64,000 bases of DNA from Diadema antillarum (taxonomy: Eukaryota), in the NCBI RefSeq assembly GCF_040938485.1, contig NW_027271024.1:2232001-2296000 (forward strand), given 5' to 3'. Positions within the stretch are counted from its first letter, which is position 1, and each line of letters starts with the position of its first letter. Below are positions 63,957 to 64,000 of the stretch, piece by piece. The position numbers were made by a program, and so were the translations under genes. The notes under the pieces were generated by a model, which had not been told where the DNA came from, did not search any database, and was given only the letters and a program-made list of their open reading frames with translations.

Positions 63957-64000
63957 GAAGAACTTGCTTCGAAAAGGCGCTAAATCCATCACTTTTCAAT
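62936..64000 (+). other. Gene H (partial): promoter, non-coding exon 1 and intron 1 of a duplicate of gene E; coding exons lie beyond the window
   Basis: Near-identical to 43198-44186. TATATAAAA at 62936-62944. Exon 1 ends at 63028, followed by GTGAGT. By colinearity with E, the ATG is expected about 74 bp past the window end. Confidence 0.8.
63602..63746. other. Assembly gap (about 145 N)
   Basis: Run of N. The orthologous interval in copy 1 (about 43864-43950) holds (TA)n/(TG)n. Confidence 0.98.

Larger units (their letters stand above)
55405..64000 (+). repeat. Segmental duplication, copy 2 (genes G and H); runs off the window end
   Basis: Starts with GCCTTTAGAGTTTTTAGGCGATGGG, identical to 34823. 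Contains both N gaps. Confidence 0.92.

Overview
AT-rich eukaryotic genomic DNA. The repeat landscape suggests an echinoderm, probably a sea urchin (inference). The window holds a tandem and inverted cluster of a small secreted-peptide gene family that the ORF track misses because each gene is spliced. There are 7 complete genes (A, B, C on the minus strand; D, E, F, G on the plus strand), an 8th (H) cut off by the window end, and an orphan last exon of a 9th copy. Every complete gene has a TATA-type promoter, a non-coding exon 1, and three coding exons (169-172, 75 and 26 nt) separated by two phase-1 introns. Each encodes an 89-90 aa prepropeptide: signal peptide / acidic piece-KR / acidic piece-KR / cationic 41-aa mature peptide with a C-X9-C-W-C-X9-C framework and a Gly-rich tail. 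The best known analogue is the sea-star antimicrobial peptide PpCrAMP (inference, needs alignment). Genes D-E and G-H lie in a >=8.6 kb near-identical duplication, which is either real or an uncollapsed haplotype. The rest of the window is transposon debris: L2/CR1-group LINE fragments, SINEs, TTAA- and TA-targeting MITEs, foldback and perfect-hairpin elements, and microsatellites. There are two assembly gaps. No rRNA, true tRNA or CRISPR arrays were found.
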